Positions 26,751-41,061 of a DNA stretch of 64,000 nucleotides are shown one piece after another. The DNA is from Sphagnum compactum (Eukaryota): NCBI GenBank assembly GCA_965153455.1, contig OZ234494.1, forward strand, positions 2,418,001 to 2,482,000, given 5' to 3'. The translations under genes and the position numbers were made by a program. How positions within the stretch are numbered: the first letter of the stretch is position 1; the number at the start of each line of letters is the position of its first letter. Under the pieces are notes generated by a model. It was not told the origin of the DNA, ran no database searches, and was given only the letters and a program-made list of their open reading frames with translations.

Positions 26751-29700
26751 CTAATCTAATTCGTAATCTTCCCAAAAAAATGATAAAAAATCATCTAATT
26801 CAAAATGTAAATTGATGAAAACTAATGTGATGTTGGAGGACATGGGTGCAAAAGAAAATAGTGTTAACATAGTATTCCCCCTCGCATCCAAGAACTAAAC
26901 TGCAAATAAAATGTTTATGAGTTGGAGGATCATGTTAAGGAAGAAGCATTAAGTTTAAACTTGCCACCAAAGCTTGGGTTCGTAGGAAAAATTGTTCCTG
27001 CAAGTTTTTCTAATTGACTACTAATAAACATTTGAATCAAATCCTTATTTCCCTATGCCTAGGGGCCCCCCTCAAAGGGGCAAAACAAAACACCATTGGG
27101 GTAACAAGAAGAACAAATGCCAAGTAGCCACATCATAAGGGTAATGTGTTGTTTATCCTACATCTAGGAAAACAAAATGCCATTTGTACATTGCATTAGA
27201 AAACGATTAGGATGCAGTTGTACAATCAAGGATGACAAAAGCCTAAATGGAAGGACCTGAAAACACTCAATGTCGAAACCTAATTAATTTGGATTAGATG
27301 AATTGGATGTTTGATCGGAACGATGGTGATGGGCTAACCCTTGAAAAGTAACTTAATGCCCACACGTGGGGGAAAAGGCTTTAAATGGAGGTTGTAGGCG
27401 TGTTGGGAAATTGGGGTAAGTTGGGGGGTCTGATCATGAACATTTACAGGGACTTATAGAATGGAAAGAGGAAAATGTCTTACATGTGCATTATTTAGGG
27501 GATTATGAAAGTGTTGAGTTGGGACCCCACATTCACATGAAAGGCTAGGGGTTAGTAGGGGGAGCTAATGGTGGTGTGTGGTTTGCATAGGAAAGAGGGT
27601 GGAAAATAGGTTTGTGGTGGTGTGTGAAAAAACAATTGGGCGATGTAAACTATGAAATTTAATGATATATGATGTACTAAGGGACATGGGACATTTTGTG
27701 TCCATGAGGAAAGAGGTTTATTAAGAGTGCAATTACAAATAAGCCCCACTTTTTAAAGATTGTTTACTTCAACATGGCAATCTTAAACCTACAAGGCCAA
27801 CCACACAAAATTAGGTGAATCAAAAGGAAAAAGATAAAAAATCGGTGCAAAAAAAAAAGTTTTATTTTTAAGATCATTGAACCCTAATTTTTCCATAACC
27901 TTGGACACCATTGTCATCATCCTATTGGGTTCAACACAAACTGTACACTTTTGAAAACTATTATGGAAGGATTAAAGGCCCAAAAACTTTTAGACTTTTA
28001 TTCATTGGACTATCCAACTAAAATAACACCCAACCCCAACAACAATAAACACCCTAAATTCAATCCTTTGCTCAAAAGAAAACCTTAGAAAATGTATGAT
28101 TGGTCAATGATTAGCCACTATGTATTCACATGTTCACACCTACAACACACTTTGTGATTTTTATTTCTTCTTTTTCTTATGTTATCTTTCTAGAACTGTG
28201 GTTGAACCTAAGCAAAATTAGGACCATGGTAGAATCTCTCTTTTCGTGGCAAAAACCTTATGTTGTGTTTTATTTGTAATTCATAACTAGATTATCCTCT
28301 TCTCTCGACGAAAGAAAACTTCTAGGCTTGGAAAAAACATAAAAAATGAACCACCACAAAACAAAAGCAAAAAAACACAAAACCTACCTTCCCTTACATT
28401 CATCTCCTTTGTTATTTTGTTACCTATTGATGTTGTTGTTATTGTTGTAGTCCTCTTCCACCATTGTGCCAAAAAACATTTGTTGTCAAATTTAGATATC
28501 TAGCTTGTATGTGTGTTTTCTTTTGTGTTGCAACATCAATCCATGAATCCAATCTATCATATGTGATGAGGAAATATCAAGCTTGTACAAATACCTACTT
28601 GATATTTGTCTATGTTGTTTTTCCTCTCTCTTAGAGAATTTGGCTCCAATAATAAGTTTTTTAATACCTGAATGTTGTTACTCTAATGAGCATTAGAATC
28701 GATGCCTATTCCAATGCTCATCAAAGCATTGGAATGTTGGAAAACTTTGTGCCCATACAATGTTTAGCATTGGGGAATGTGTACTATGTACACAAAATGA
28801 ACTTGGTTTTTGAACTAAGCTCAAAGATTCTTGAGTTTGAAAAATTGTGCTTTAACTAAAACCAAAAGGTTTAGTAATTGGAAGAACCAATCTCAAACCC
28901 TTATCTAGTTAACTTCCAAGTAAATTTTACATTGTGAAAATTGGGACAAGAGGTTTTCTTAAAAAGGTAAAACCACACAATACTAGTAATTAATACATTG
29001 ATGTCACATTGATAATGTTTTCATTATCATTTAAGTTTCATTACATCCTAATCATAACTCATCCATTGCCACGGGTTTTTTCCTTTCAATTTCATGAGGT
29101 AGGTGGATTGGTAATCCTTTACAAAAGCAAATTAGAAAAAACTAGATTTTTTAAACCCTATTACTAGTGACATGTAAGAACATGTAATCTAAATATTATG
29201 ATTTCAAATTTTTTTCCTTTAGATGTGGCAAATTGAAGGCTTTTATCCCAAAAATTCCTTTGCAAAAGTTGCAACTTTTTTTTCACCAACTAGCAAATTT
29301 CATCCAAAACAATAACAAATATACAAACAATGTTGATTGCCACCTTATTTATATCTTAACATCAAAAAAAAAAAGTCCATGATGAAAATTTATTTTAATG
29401 AAAGTGTTTATTATATGACCATCCATTTTATTGAAGATTATATTCAAATACGTAATGTAACTAATCCTACAAAATATAAACAAGAATATTGCAAAAATTT
29501 TGAGATTTATTTAAAGTTATTATGATAAAAACTTTGGGAACATCCTTTGGATTTCATATTTCATTCGACAAGTTTTTTCTAAGTTTTCTCTAAAAATTTA
29601 TATGTATTAACTTAATCATGAATTTTGTAATTTGTCAAAATATCAAATCAATACTTAGTTTAAATTTTATATATGTGGTGATGTATTTGATTCATCACCA

Positions 29701-31363
29701 AGACATGTTAAATGTTGCCTACTATTGCACAACCAATTGTAATAATGATCATTGAATCAACTATCTCAAAAATTGTTTTGGTTAACCAAAATGTTGAGCA
29801 GGTAAGCAATACTACATTTTTATTACAACAAGTAAGATGTGATCACTTTAGAGGTTGATAGTCTTTGAAAATATGTTTTTTTAATGTTTATTATAGTCTC
29901 CTCACCAACCAAATTTATATATTAATATTAGTGCTTGTTTTGTTTTGTGATCACACTGTAACCATCCCAAACCATGGGGCCCCTTGTGATTTTGGTACCA
30001 TCAAAAAGCCCTCAATGAGATGGTGTGCACATTGTTGTTTCACAGTTAAAAGTTATTTTCCTAAAGTCTTGAAAAGGTTTTCAGAAAGTTGTAGTTGGGC
30101 CAACACAAAGGTCCATTAATCTAAATGTGGATAATGTGGTCAATTATGTTAAATGTATGTTGCACTTGAATGTCAAGCTTAGATTTAACAATTGTTTAAA
30201 TTTTAGGTTATGTTATATTTAACCTTCTTGGATTATATGCAAAATCATTAATAGAAGTTATCACCATGGATCTTTGGATTACTATATGTTGTCTATAATT
30301 TGTTTGTGGACAACATGATTGAAAAACATGCACTTTCTTAATGAACAACTAAGAAAACCTATATAATGGGACAAAACACAAATCAAATTCCACAAAATCC
30401 GCAATTGTGTTTTAGTTCGTATTTGTTCCACATTTATAGCTTCTAGACCCTTAATTTCAAGTTCTACAACTACTAAAACCTAGTATCCCTTGCCCCATAA
30501 CTTCTTGTAATAAAGGGAACTTCAAATTGCAAAGAGGTTCAACCCCTTTAAGAACCTAAGCAAGATTTATAACTTGAATTTTTTTGTTTTTTTTCCTTCC
30601 CTTTATATTTTCCCCTTCGAAATCACAAAAATCAAAGTTGAAAATTTTGAAAGAACCATTCACATATATTCACATGAAGCTCTTCTCCTCTTATTTTTCC
30701 TTTCTCTCCATTAAAAAAATAACACCCACAATTTGTAAATTTGTATTCCTTGTTCCTCTATTTTTTGTCATTTATTTCAATCTTTAATGTTTGTTGGCTA
30801 GCATGAAGAAACCCCCACTTCAAGAAGTTCAAACACCCTCCCATCATCCTATTGTGACACCTCTTCTTTTTGCCTGTAAAAGGGTTCCATCACCATCACC
30901 TCAACACCCCTTTTTTCCTCCCAAAGTCACCTTCACAAAATGCTTAAAAAGTGGAGAAACTCCATTCAAATGCTTGATATAGAAATCATCCCCCATTATC
31001 ACATGTCACAATCCCTAGTTCCTTTACCATGTTGGCATTTTGGTTGATGTCAACAATTTTCTAAATTGACATTGTGTCTAATGTGGAACTTTCAACACCT
31101 TATCTACTTTTGTGCACTATCAACAATTTCTCAACCCTATTAGCATTTCAAGTGCAATTCTTGATAGTTCTTCTACATATCAAAACTTCACCTCTAACTA
31201 ACACATAAGCTACTACATATACACATTAATATTGAGATAAATGATGCATTGGCCCAAGGGGGACGCTCTTCTTTGAATTTACAAAATATGAAATTAAAAA
31301 TATAGTCCCATATATTGGTTGTTGGGTAAACTTATAATTTAATTAATTTTAGAAGGTTATGTT

Positions 31364-31366
<3 letters not shown>

Positions 31367-31407
<41 letters not shown>
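31367..31407. repeat. (AC)n microsatellite
   Basis: About 20 AC units. Confidence 0.95.
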
Positions 31408-31408
<1 letters not shown>

Positions 31409-32787
31409 TAATCCAAAATATTTATACATATATATAATTTAAGATATGTATTAAAAACTTTTTAATCTTATTAGATGTTAGTACATTCAATAAATAGATT
31501 AGTAAGTTCAATATCTTCAATTCGCAAGTTAATAAATGAATTAATATTACTCAATGAATTAATAACCAAAGTTTATACTAAAATTTTAGTTATTAAATCA
31601 TTTTTTAATCAACCCCCATAATTTCATATGTCTAAGTTGTCATGGAAACTACGTTGGTTCAACGTAGCCTTGCCTATAGCAAAATAGATTTTAAAAGGCA
31701 TTGACATAACTACTTTTGCATGCCCCAATTGACTATGCAAATGATCCACCTTTAAAAAAGTAATATTGATTTTTTAAAATTCCAAGAGTACTAAAAATAA
31801 AACTTTAAATGAATATATGGTATTGAAATTGAATGAAAAACAAAATAATTAAATAAGGTGGCTAAAATGCATGCACAATAAAAATTTAAAAAATAGGGCA
31901 AGAAAAAAAATTCCCTCACCCAATTCCCAAAAAAAATCTTCTTTAACACATGTAGTATAGAAATTTAACATTTAGTGTCCCCCTTGGACACATTGAGATC
32001 TTTGTTTTGCAAGTCTATTTCAATAGCTAGAGTGCTCATGTGATGAAGTTGGTTATAATTACAACTTAAATGTACAATTTGAATTGTTGCAAGTAAATGA
32101 CAAGTGGGGATTTTTGTTTCAATTATGTTTCAAATAGTAAAGTGATTTTATATGGAGGTTAGTTATGTACAAGTTTTATGATCACAAAATAAAAGTATTA
32201 AAATTGTTTCAATTGATGTCACATTGAGATTTTTTGATTTCAAGAAAATTTTGATTATGGAACTATTTTGCCATTATGTTCATGTTTTTTCATTAAACTT
32301 AAACCATGTTTTCATTTTGGGGTTCCATAAGTTGGATTGATAAATGAATGGTGTCAGTTGCTTGTCCTTTACTTGGGGGTTGAAATATAAGAATGGGTAC
32401 AATGTGTTTATTGTAATAATTAGCTATCCATTTTTGTTCAATTTCTATTTGGTTTTGCATATGTTTATTGATTCAAATCAACTAATTGCATGCAACAATT
32501 GTTTTTGAAACTAGAAAGTCGTACACCTATTGTTTTATATATAAAGGTTATGGCCTTGTTTACACTGATGTGAATGTCATTGACATCCTTTCCAACCATT
32601 AGTCACTAGCACAAAGTTTATTATATTGATCTATATTGAATCTCTTAGACTTGCACAAACATAATCAACACTTGAAACTTTTGAATATTCATAATAATTT
32701 ATTCAACTTGTGAAATCATTTCAAATATATAAGCTTGTACTTGTTGATAAAAATATGTTTGCAACAAATTTGGAGTGATAATACATA

Positions 32788-35700
32788 TCAAACATGTGCA
32801 CCATCACGTTCATAATATTGAGAAAGCATACTTAGCTTGTCATAATCCTGAACAATAAAGAGTAGTGACATTTAAACTAATGGAATGGTCATGAATGATA
32901 GATCATGTTTGGAACTAATTTTTTTGAAACCATTTGAACACGCAAATTTTAATAAAATAAAGATATGTGAAACTTAGCTATGCGTGCTAGGATAAATAAG
33001 TATTACAAATTACCCTCAATTTTCAAACAATAATTTAAAACGGGCTTGAAAGTGGTCTCAATTGTCAAGGAATTAGAATTTACAAAATAGTAGGCCATGC
33101 ACAATATGCTATAATAAATTTTTAATTGTTATTATATTTTCACCATGAATTTTTTTAACTTGCAATTTAGGGAGGATTTAATTTAATGATACTCTAAATT
33201 TGTGACCATCCAAATACAAAAACATTATTTCAACCATCCCCTTGGCCTTGTGATGTCAAGTTTTGTGGCATAATAAGGAAATTGGTTGGATTTAGATCTT
33301 TGTTGAATGGGATTCATCATTGCTCAAGGTGAACATGAATATTGAAGAACATGTGTAAGTCCACTATTTATGCAATTGTGTTTTTGGACGAATGATACTT
33401 ATCATGGTACACTTCAATTTATTTAATGACCATAGCTTGGTGCATATTTGGATAACAGAGGCCAAATAAAATCTAATGGTGGACTAGTTTGTGTTAAGGT
33501 GAACATGAGTTTCAATGAAAGGGGGAACCTTGGTTCATGCAAATATAAATTCTTCATGACCTATTAAGATTGGTTAAATGAATGGAAGGCTTGAGACATG
33601 TTAGGATAGTAAATCACAAAAAAAGATTTGACAATTAATTCATCATGGCTCCTAATTAAAATAAATCAAGAGGTGTTCGTTGTTCATGGAGATCCAAATT
33701 CCTTAGTTTTGCAATTGAATTTGGCAATGTCCAAGTGTGCATGAAATAAATCAAAATGTTTAAAGAACTTAACTTTACAAAACCAATTTACATATTGATT
33801 TTTCTTTTATAATCATTAACACAACTAGAATTGAAGGTTATTATTTCTTCACAAAATCTTAATTTATGTTTTGTGTACATTCATGACATTATTATAAATA
33901 TTATGTCATCATCGTCAATCAATGGCCACTAATAGCCAAGTAGTTGAAAGTCATGGTTTCTTTATAAATGGTTGTGGGTTATGTCACTAAGATACTTTGG
34001 GGTAGGTTTGGACAATTGTGTTGTCATCATAATGAAGTTAGAAAATCACACATAAAAAATTTAGTGACTTAAGGTGCAGTAAGCATGATATGCACCTAAT
34101 CACTTCAATGGAAAACTAAATATTTCTTTTTTTGGGTTCAAATCTAAATAATGTTTTATTTTGTGGTTTTGAAACTTTCATGTTTTTTTCTTTTTTTTGA
34201 AACGAAATTAGTTCAAATTTCACTAAAAAAAACGAAAATTTCTAAAATTTTCCAATTTTTTTTATCACCAAGTGGCAAAACATTTCCACAACAAAAACCT
34301 TGAATTTAAATGTTCAATTAATTATATCTTAATGAATACATTTTAGTTTGTGAGGAAGGAGCTATTGATTTTTTAATTTATAAAAAATTGTTAAATGAAT
34401 GAAATAATCTTATCATATGTATAAAGTGTATTGGAATATGGAAATGCACATACCTTTTGTAAAGAAATAATAGAAGCTTCAATGAGATAGGTTTTAGCCA
34501 TGATCTTGGAATGAAATTTTTGTAATGAACTTTGCAGTGTCTCATTGTCTTTTAATTTTTGTAACACACTTTCATTCTCCAATCTTAGCTGGTGTCAAAT
34601 CCTTAATATCAATAATCACCAATGTGTATATGATTTTGTTATTGCGCACAATGTCATGGACATCTCGATTTTCAAAGTTCCAAAATGATACATCAAAATA
34701 ACTCACCAATTGAAATCGCTCCATGATATCCTTTTGATGGCAATGTAATTGTTGAATCACGAGATCAATTGTTGTGATATCTCTTTCTAGCTTCTATACC
34801 ATATCATGATATTGTGCATAAGGGTGTGAATTATTATTAGATACACATTATAAATATTGGACTATAGATATTCATATTGAAAAATATAATCACTTTGATG
34901 AGATGATTATTTTTGTGACTTTATCATATTACATTTAACTAAAATTGAAAGGATTAATATTGTTTAGGTAGTGATACAATTCATCAAAAGATTTAAAATA
35001 TCATATTTCCAACAATATCAAATTTAGAAATGATATGAAACTAATACATAATAAATGATATCTTACTTGTTTGAATTCAGTACATTTCAAGAGTTCTTCT
35101 TGCAAAATATTGCATCGCATTTGTGTTTCATAACGCTTATTTGAAAATTGTATGTTCTTTTGTTCAACTTTTTGCAACTTGTTTTTTAAAGTAATCATAT
35201 TGGTGATCATTGTTTGCAAAGAAATGTTCAAGGATTGAGATAATATATCTTGTCGACAACATGGACAACGGGCCACATCAATAGGGTTTCCATTGTTGGA
35301 GGTATCCTTTTGGTGTGTTGTTATATGCATAGTCACACACTAATAGACATAACATTCATCACAAAACATCATAATTTATCTATCATCATCATTAAAAATT
35401 TACATTAAATTATATCAATATTATTTTGCTTCAATTCATGTTAAAACATATATTAAGCATGTGAGAATTTCAATGTGCCCATAATTTAACTTATTATTAA
35501 TTCAATCACTTGCAAGTGGTGTTTAGAGTCAAGACCTGACAACAAAATGTATGGCCGCAAGGTGATAGAAGAATGGGTGCATATTTTGGAGATTTCATGA
35601 ATTCAAAACAAATAGGACATGTGTTGGCCTCTATTTCAGTTGCTAGCAAGCTACAAACCATTCAACAAACATTGAAATTCCATCATATAAATATGGAAGA

Positions 35701-36088
35701 AGACAAATCTTGTGATGAAAGCTTGAAATCATTTGTGGCATTTTTGTACATGATATTCCACACATGTAGGAACTACACATGTTGGTTTGTGATTTAACTT
35801 TGGTAAGTCATTTAATATTCATTTGAATGGCAATTTGACCATCTTGCTTATGGAGCAGGAATGGGTAATCAATTGTTATTAAAATTAATAAAAACATTTT
35901 TCTATTTTTCATCTAATACTTTGATAAATGCAACTAGTTGAATTTAAACAAAGTTTTATGTTCATATATAGTCTTTGGTATTTGATATGAAGAGAATACA
36001 CAAGCAAACATCAATTAAAAATTTACAATGACCTTGTTATTGAGTTTTCATAGCATCCTTGGGTTGACATTTCACAATGCCTTTCCAT
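32788..36088 (-). CDS. C3HC4 RING-finger plus coiled-coil protein (putative E3 ubiquitin ligase), ~226-241 aa
   Basis: Minus-strand exons 36088-36033 (tentative; an alternative in-frame ATG lies at 35661), 35650-35536, 35339-35067, 34793-34707, 34588-34454 and 32847-32788 (tentative). All are GT-AG, phase-consistent and stop-free. The spliced RING reads CPIC-x16-CGHTFCCQC-x23-CPCC and is followed by a Leu/Gln/Lys/Glu-rich helical tail. Confidence 0.8.
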
Positions 36089-37059
36089 GATGGAGTGATT
36101 TGGTGCACAACTCTTCTGTATTCAACATGTAATTTAGAACACCAATTGTTGTGTTTGAAAGACACCAATGATATTATGAAGTAGACCTATTACATTTCAT
36201 CCTAACTTCTAATATTACAAAATTCCTACACATTCTTGAATAATTAACAACCCTAGGTAGTTCAATAACTAATTAAATTAAAATGTTATGGATGCACCGA
36301 CTTCAACTATAAATTATAAACTTGATATTTCTTTGTAATTTTATTCTTAGTTGTGATCTTGACCCAATAGCTTATTGGGAAAAAGTACTATCATTATTAA
36401 TTCATGAATAAAACCATGGATCCAAGACTTTGGATTCTAAATTTTACATTATTTGTTTGACAACTAGACATGTCAAAAATGTCATCCTTTGAATTGCACA
36501 AGATGGGTATATCAAGATGTAAAACATGATATTATAGGCTTGCTTGTAATCACACATTATAAGTTGAAAAGTTTCTAACTTTTCACTTGTGTAAAGTTTA
36601 CAACAAATGTTTAACTAAATAGATTACATTGGTTGCCATGAATTTATTATATATTTTCTTAGATATTGTCCTTGTTGTAGACTTATAAGATTAAAGAATG
36701 CCATAATAAATCAAGAGGTTAATTTCCAAGCCATAATGCTCCATAACACTCAACACCATAATGTCATATTAAACAAACGAACCACATTGAACAACCATTT
36801 TCCCAAACAATCCAATGTGTCAATTTCTTCTAATTCTTACCAAAATGGACATTTGAAAACATAGTAATAAGTACCCAAACTTTAAACTTGGGCTTTACAT
36901 TGTTATACACTACCAATGACAATAAACCAATGGAAAAAATGAATTGATTTTGTGAAAATCGTGTTCCATTTGAATGAAAATATTGAATTACATTGCACGT
37001 AACTTGAAATGAGTTCAAATTTGACTAAATCAAATAAAAATTCTTAAAATTAATTCAAA

Positions 37060-38564
37060 TCTATATAATAAAAATATTAATGTTTGTATGTTTGTGTCAT
37101 TCATGCTTACCTCTTCCAAGCCTAACTGCCTCATTCCTTTCTTCTATGCCCTTCCATGGATATGAAAAGGCAAGTTGACATGTGCATTTTCATGTCATTT
37201 ATATCATAACAATTTAATAAATTAACTCTTTCAAGTGTATCTACTTAACCCCTTTCCCTTATGCACCTACATGGACATGAAAACTCGAACATGCATAATG
37301 ATGGACTATGGGAACCATATCCAAGTGCATACAAGGAAAAAACTATTAAAAAAAAGAAGAGAGGCTAGATTTTGCTCAAATTTTGAGCTTTCATTACATT
37401 CATAATGTATATAATTTTATTAAAAATGTTGTCTACCTGTCTATCTATTTGTATCATTCTTACTTATCTATTTCAAGCTTAATTAACTAATGTCTACCCA
37501 TCAATATGGACAACAAAAGGCACACATGTTATGCACCTTTTCATGTGCATAATATTTACGTTATGAAGTTTTTGAATTGTGTTTGTGTTTTTTATGTGAG
37601 AATTGAAACATCAATTCAATGATAATTGAAACAACAATTCAATATGAAATGGAGACAACAATTCAATATGAACATGATGAATTGAAAAAACATTCAACAA
37701 GAAATTGGAACAATAGTAATTCAATATGATCATGAAAAATTGAAAAAAGTTAAGATGGTGATGAAAGAAAATGAAACAACAAAGAAAAATTGGGATATAA
37801 ATTTGATCAAACATCTGAATCATCATTATGATGTTTTTTCCTCTCTCTCTTAAGTGTAACATCTAAGGGAACCACATGCATCCCACTTCTAATGGCATTA
37901 ATGGTTATACATCATCAAGGGAAGGGTTGGGTAATGACATTATTCTAGTTTTATTGGTTAGAATCAGGTACTTCATACTAGGAGGTAAGTAGCCTAAAAG
38001 TTGAAAACATTTGGTCATAATTGTTAGGAAACATAAGATTCTTCTTTTCTATTCATCTATTCATTTTAAGGTTTTTGGTGAAATTGGTTCATGTTATTAG
38101 TCATTGGTGTAATGGAAGGAATGAAATCATGCAGCTTTGGAGGTTGTGGGTTGTTAAAATGATCGAATTAGCCAACTCAATCTCCCCATTTTTATCATAC
38201 AACTTATAAATTCTTATATCATATGAATTTTTGGTTCATCATCAAGGTAGTGATTTAAGGAAACCATGTGCATTGGGAGTTTTGTTGATTGCCAAGACTC
38301 ATACTAAGGTACAAAAAATTTGGTTTGAAAGGATGCATGAAAAAAGTTATTTATAAAAAAGGCAAGAAACTAGATTAACAAAATTTGAATATCATCATTT
38401 GTTCTTATACATGCCTTTTGAATTCCAACTAGTAGTCCAAAAAAATAATATGAAAAAAACACCAAAAGAGAAAAAAAATATTAAAATTTCAATCAAAAAT
38501 AGTCTTCTTGAAATTTTTTTTGCAATAACCAAAATAAAAATAGGAAACTTGTGCAAGCAACTAG
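37060..38564 (+). mobile_element. Possible non-autonomous Helitron-like element (5' end clear, 3' end uncertain)
   Basis: A|TCTATATAATAAAA 5' signature at 37060. A candidate CTAG at 38561-38564 has only a weak preceding hairpin and is followed by A rather than T. Confidence 0.35.
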
Positions 38565-39961
38565 ATGGTATATGATCAACCAAATCATATACCATTGGTA
38601 TATGGTATATACCAATACCATATTGATGTTAATTGATTACCCACACTCAAAAAGCACTCACAATTTGAAATTTTTGGAATTTGGAATTTTTAAAAATTAA
38701 AAATATGTTGAACAAAATTTTAAAATCTCAATAACCCTTTACCACATGTAAATGGGATGTAATATACATAACATCTAAAACAAAGTTTTATTTTATGATA
38801 CAAGGAAACAAATCATAAATTAATTAGCATATTTTCATACAATTTGAAATTAAGAACATTTTTCAAAATGAAATGCAAAATTTGGTAGAATTTGTACATT
38901 TTTAGAAAAAAATTAATTATTCATCAAATGCTAATACAAAAAATGTGATGTATTGAGAAAATTATACGTATTTTTAAGAACATATTGCAAAATATTTAAT
39001 CCAAAAAAAGGACTATAGTCCTTGAATCTTTGTTACCATGGTTTGTTTGATTGTGATTGCACCCCAAAAATGTTATAGATAGTTGAAATTTCACTTTAAT
39101 ATTACCCTTAGATCTATGACTTTGCAACATTTAAAATATCTCTAATGTGACAATTTAAAATCAACATGTTTAAAATAAAATGGATGAAATACAACATCTT
39201 CACCCCATCACAAATGTTCTAGGCCATAATTTGGCAATAGTAGTCATGCAAAATTTGTTTTTTCATAAGTTCATATATTTAAAACACATATTAATTTTTT
39301 TCATAGCTTAATTTTGTAGCTTATTTATGTGTTTCATAATGTTTTAAACACACGACATTCGTGTTTAAATAATACAAACCTACGAAAACAAATTTCACAT
39401 GACTACTATTGATAAATAATGATCCAATTTTTTTGTGAAACTCACAATAATAAACACATTGTTATATTAAAATTTACAATAGAATGGTGTGAAGCCCCCT
39501 ATTGTGCACTAAATATGACCATGATATTGTGAGCACCAAGAACACATTTTTAAAAAAATTGATTATTGTGGATTGGTCAACAACAATGACCCTGATAAAT
39601 AGACTTAAATAATCTTTTAGTTCATTTATGTGAACTCTTTGATGTTTATGAGTCAAGATGGGTGAACAATAAATTCACTAAACTAATTTAGTATAAAGAT
39701 GTATTTATTGTTGTGAGGTGAAGATGTTTTAAATAATATGAAATTGAATTTGGACCTGTAAATATACACATGAGACAACAACTTGAAAAGGGCCAAAGAA
39801 ATATGATTAGTTTTAATTGGTCAATCATAATGATTAGCACAAGTGGTGGAACTTAAATAATTTCTCACTTTATAATATCCAATTTTTCATGCTTATGTGT
39901 AGGATGACAAAATAATCGACACTTTACTTGGATGTAGTAACAATAATAGAGGGCCCAAATT

Positions 39962-39983
39962 GGGGGGGGGGGGGGGGGGGGGG
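39962..39983. repeat. Poly-G tract
   Basis: 22 consecutive G. Confidence 0.9.
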
Positions 39984-40231
39984 AGGGGAGGCTGTATAAG
40001 TGGACACAATTGTCCAAAAGTTCAACAAAATTAAAAATAATTTAAGCATTGCCATAGCTTATTGTGTACTAAGGTAGTCAAGAGTCCAATTCAAGAACAT
40101 AAAAACCTGCTTGATTTATTAAAAACACACAACAATTTTTACGCCATGTAATGCCCTCAGGAGTGGGCTTCACGGGAATCGGGTCCACGCTTGGCCGTCT
40201 CTTTATAAATTGGATCATGTTTACTTGATTA

Positions 40232-40501
40232 CTAGTTTGAACCCCATGCCTAATGCACAGGTGTGTTATTTCTAATTGTTAAAGTGTTTTTCTGTTTTTA
40301 TTTTTTTTCTAGTTTTTTCCCTTTTAAAAATATATATTTGTTCTGTTTGGATGGATGACGGGATGGATGACGGACGGATGGATGGAAAGTTTCATTTCAT
40401 CTCGACATCTGGATGAAAAGCTTCATTTCATCCCGACGTCTGGATGGAAAGCTTCATTTCATCCCGAAGCTTCACGACCACGACGTCCTTTACTATATAG
40501 A
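40232..40501 (-). mobile_element. Non-autonomous mini-Helitron, ~270 bp
   Basis: The minus strand begins TCTATATAGTAAAGG. It ends with the imperfect hairpin CCTGTGC-ATTAG-GCATGGG, then GTTCAAACTAG|T. No TSD. It contains three 31-bp units (40379, 40410, 40441) of the form GGATGAAAAGCTTCATTTCATCC. Confidence 0.75.
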
Positions 40502-40506
40502 ATGTT

Positions 40507-40763
40507 AGAGTTTTCCTTAAAGTCACCCTGTCTTCACCCTGACTTTGGAGCTCCTTTCACCCCCTTATCTGCAAAGCAAGGAAGTTTTATTCAATCTGGG
40601 TATGAAATGCTGAAACTTAGCATTTAATGCACAAGGTTCGAAGTAATTATAGTAGTAGTTGTACATGTAGGATCAGTGAAAAATATACGCAGCAGCAATG
40701 GAGGCGCTCAAGAGAAAGGAAAGAGGTGTCAAAAGAGGATGAAACTCAGTTTACCACCAAAAT
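40507..40763 (+). repeat. Dispersed ~260-bp repeat, copy 1 (3' hairpin disrupted)
   Basis: AGAGTT..AAAGTCACCCTGTCTTC...GAAATGCTGAAACT...GCACAAGGTT...GGAGGCGCTCA...GGATGAAACTCAGTTTACCACCAAAAT, collinear with 43609-43874 and 58848-58590. Confidence 0.9.
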
Positions 40764-40869
40764 AAAAAAATTGATGCATTTTTTAATTTCACCCCCACCT
40801 TGAAGAGTAATGTACATTTTTGCAGGTTTTTTTTTAATACCACCCGGTTTTGGACAAAACTCAGGGTTC

Positions 40870-41061
40870 TGGATCATGTTTAGTGGATTATATACATTAA
40901 CTGGATTATATTAACTGGATCATGTTCACTGGATTATATTAATTGGATTATGTTAACTGGATCATGTTAACTGGATTACATTAACTGGATTACATAAACT
41001 GGATCTGGTTAACTGAATAATCTTAACTGGGTTATATTAACAGGATCATGTTTACAGGATT
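40870..41061. repeat. Degenerate minisatellite of ~13-15-bp units (TTAACTGGATTA / TTAACTGGATCATG)
   Basis: About a dozen imperfect copies of the ACTGGAT core. Confidence 0.85.
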
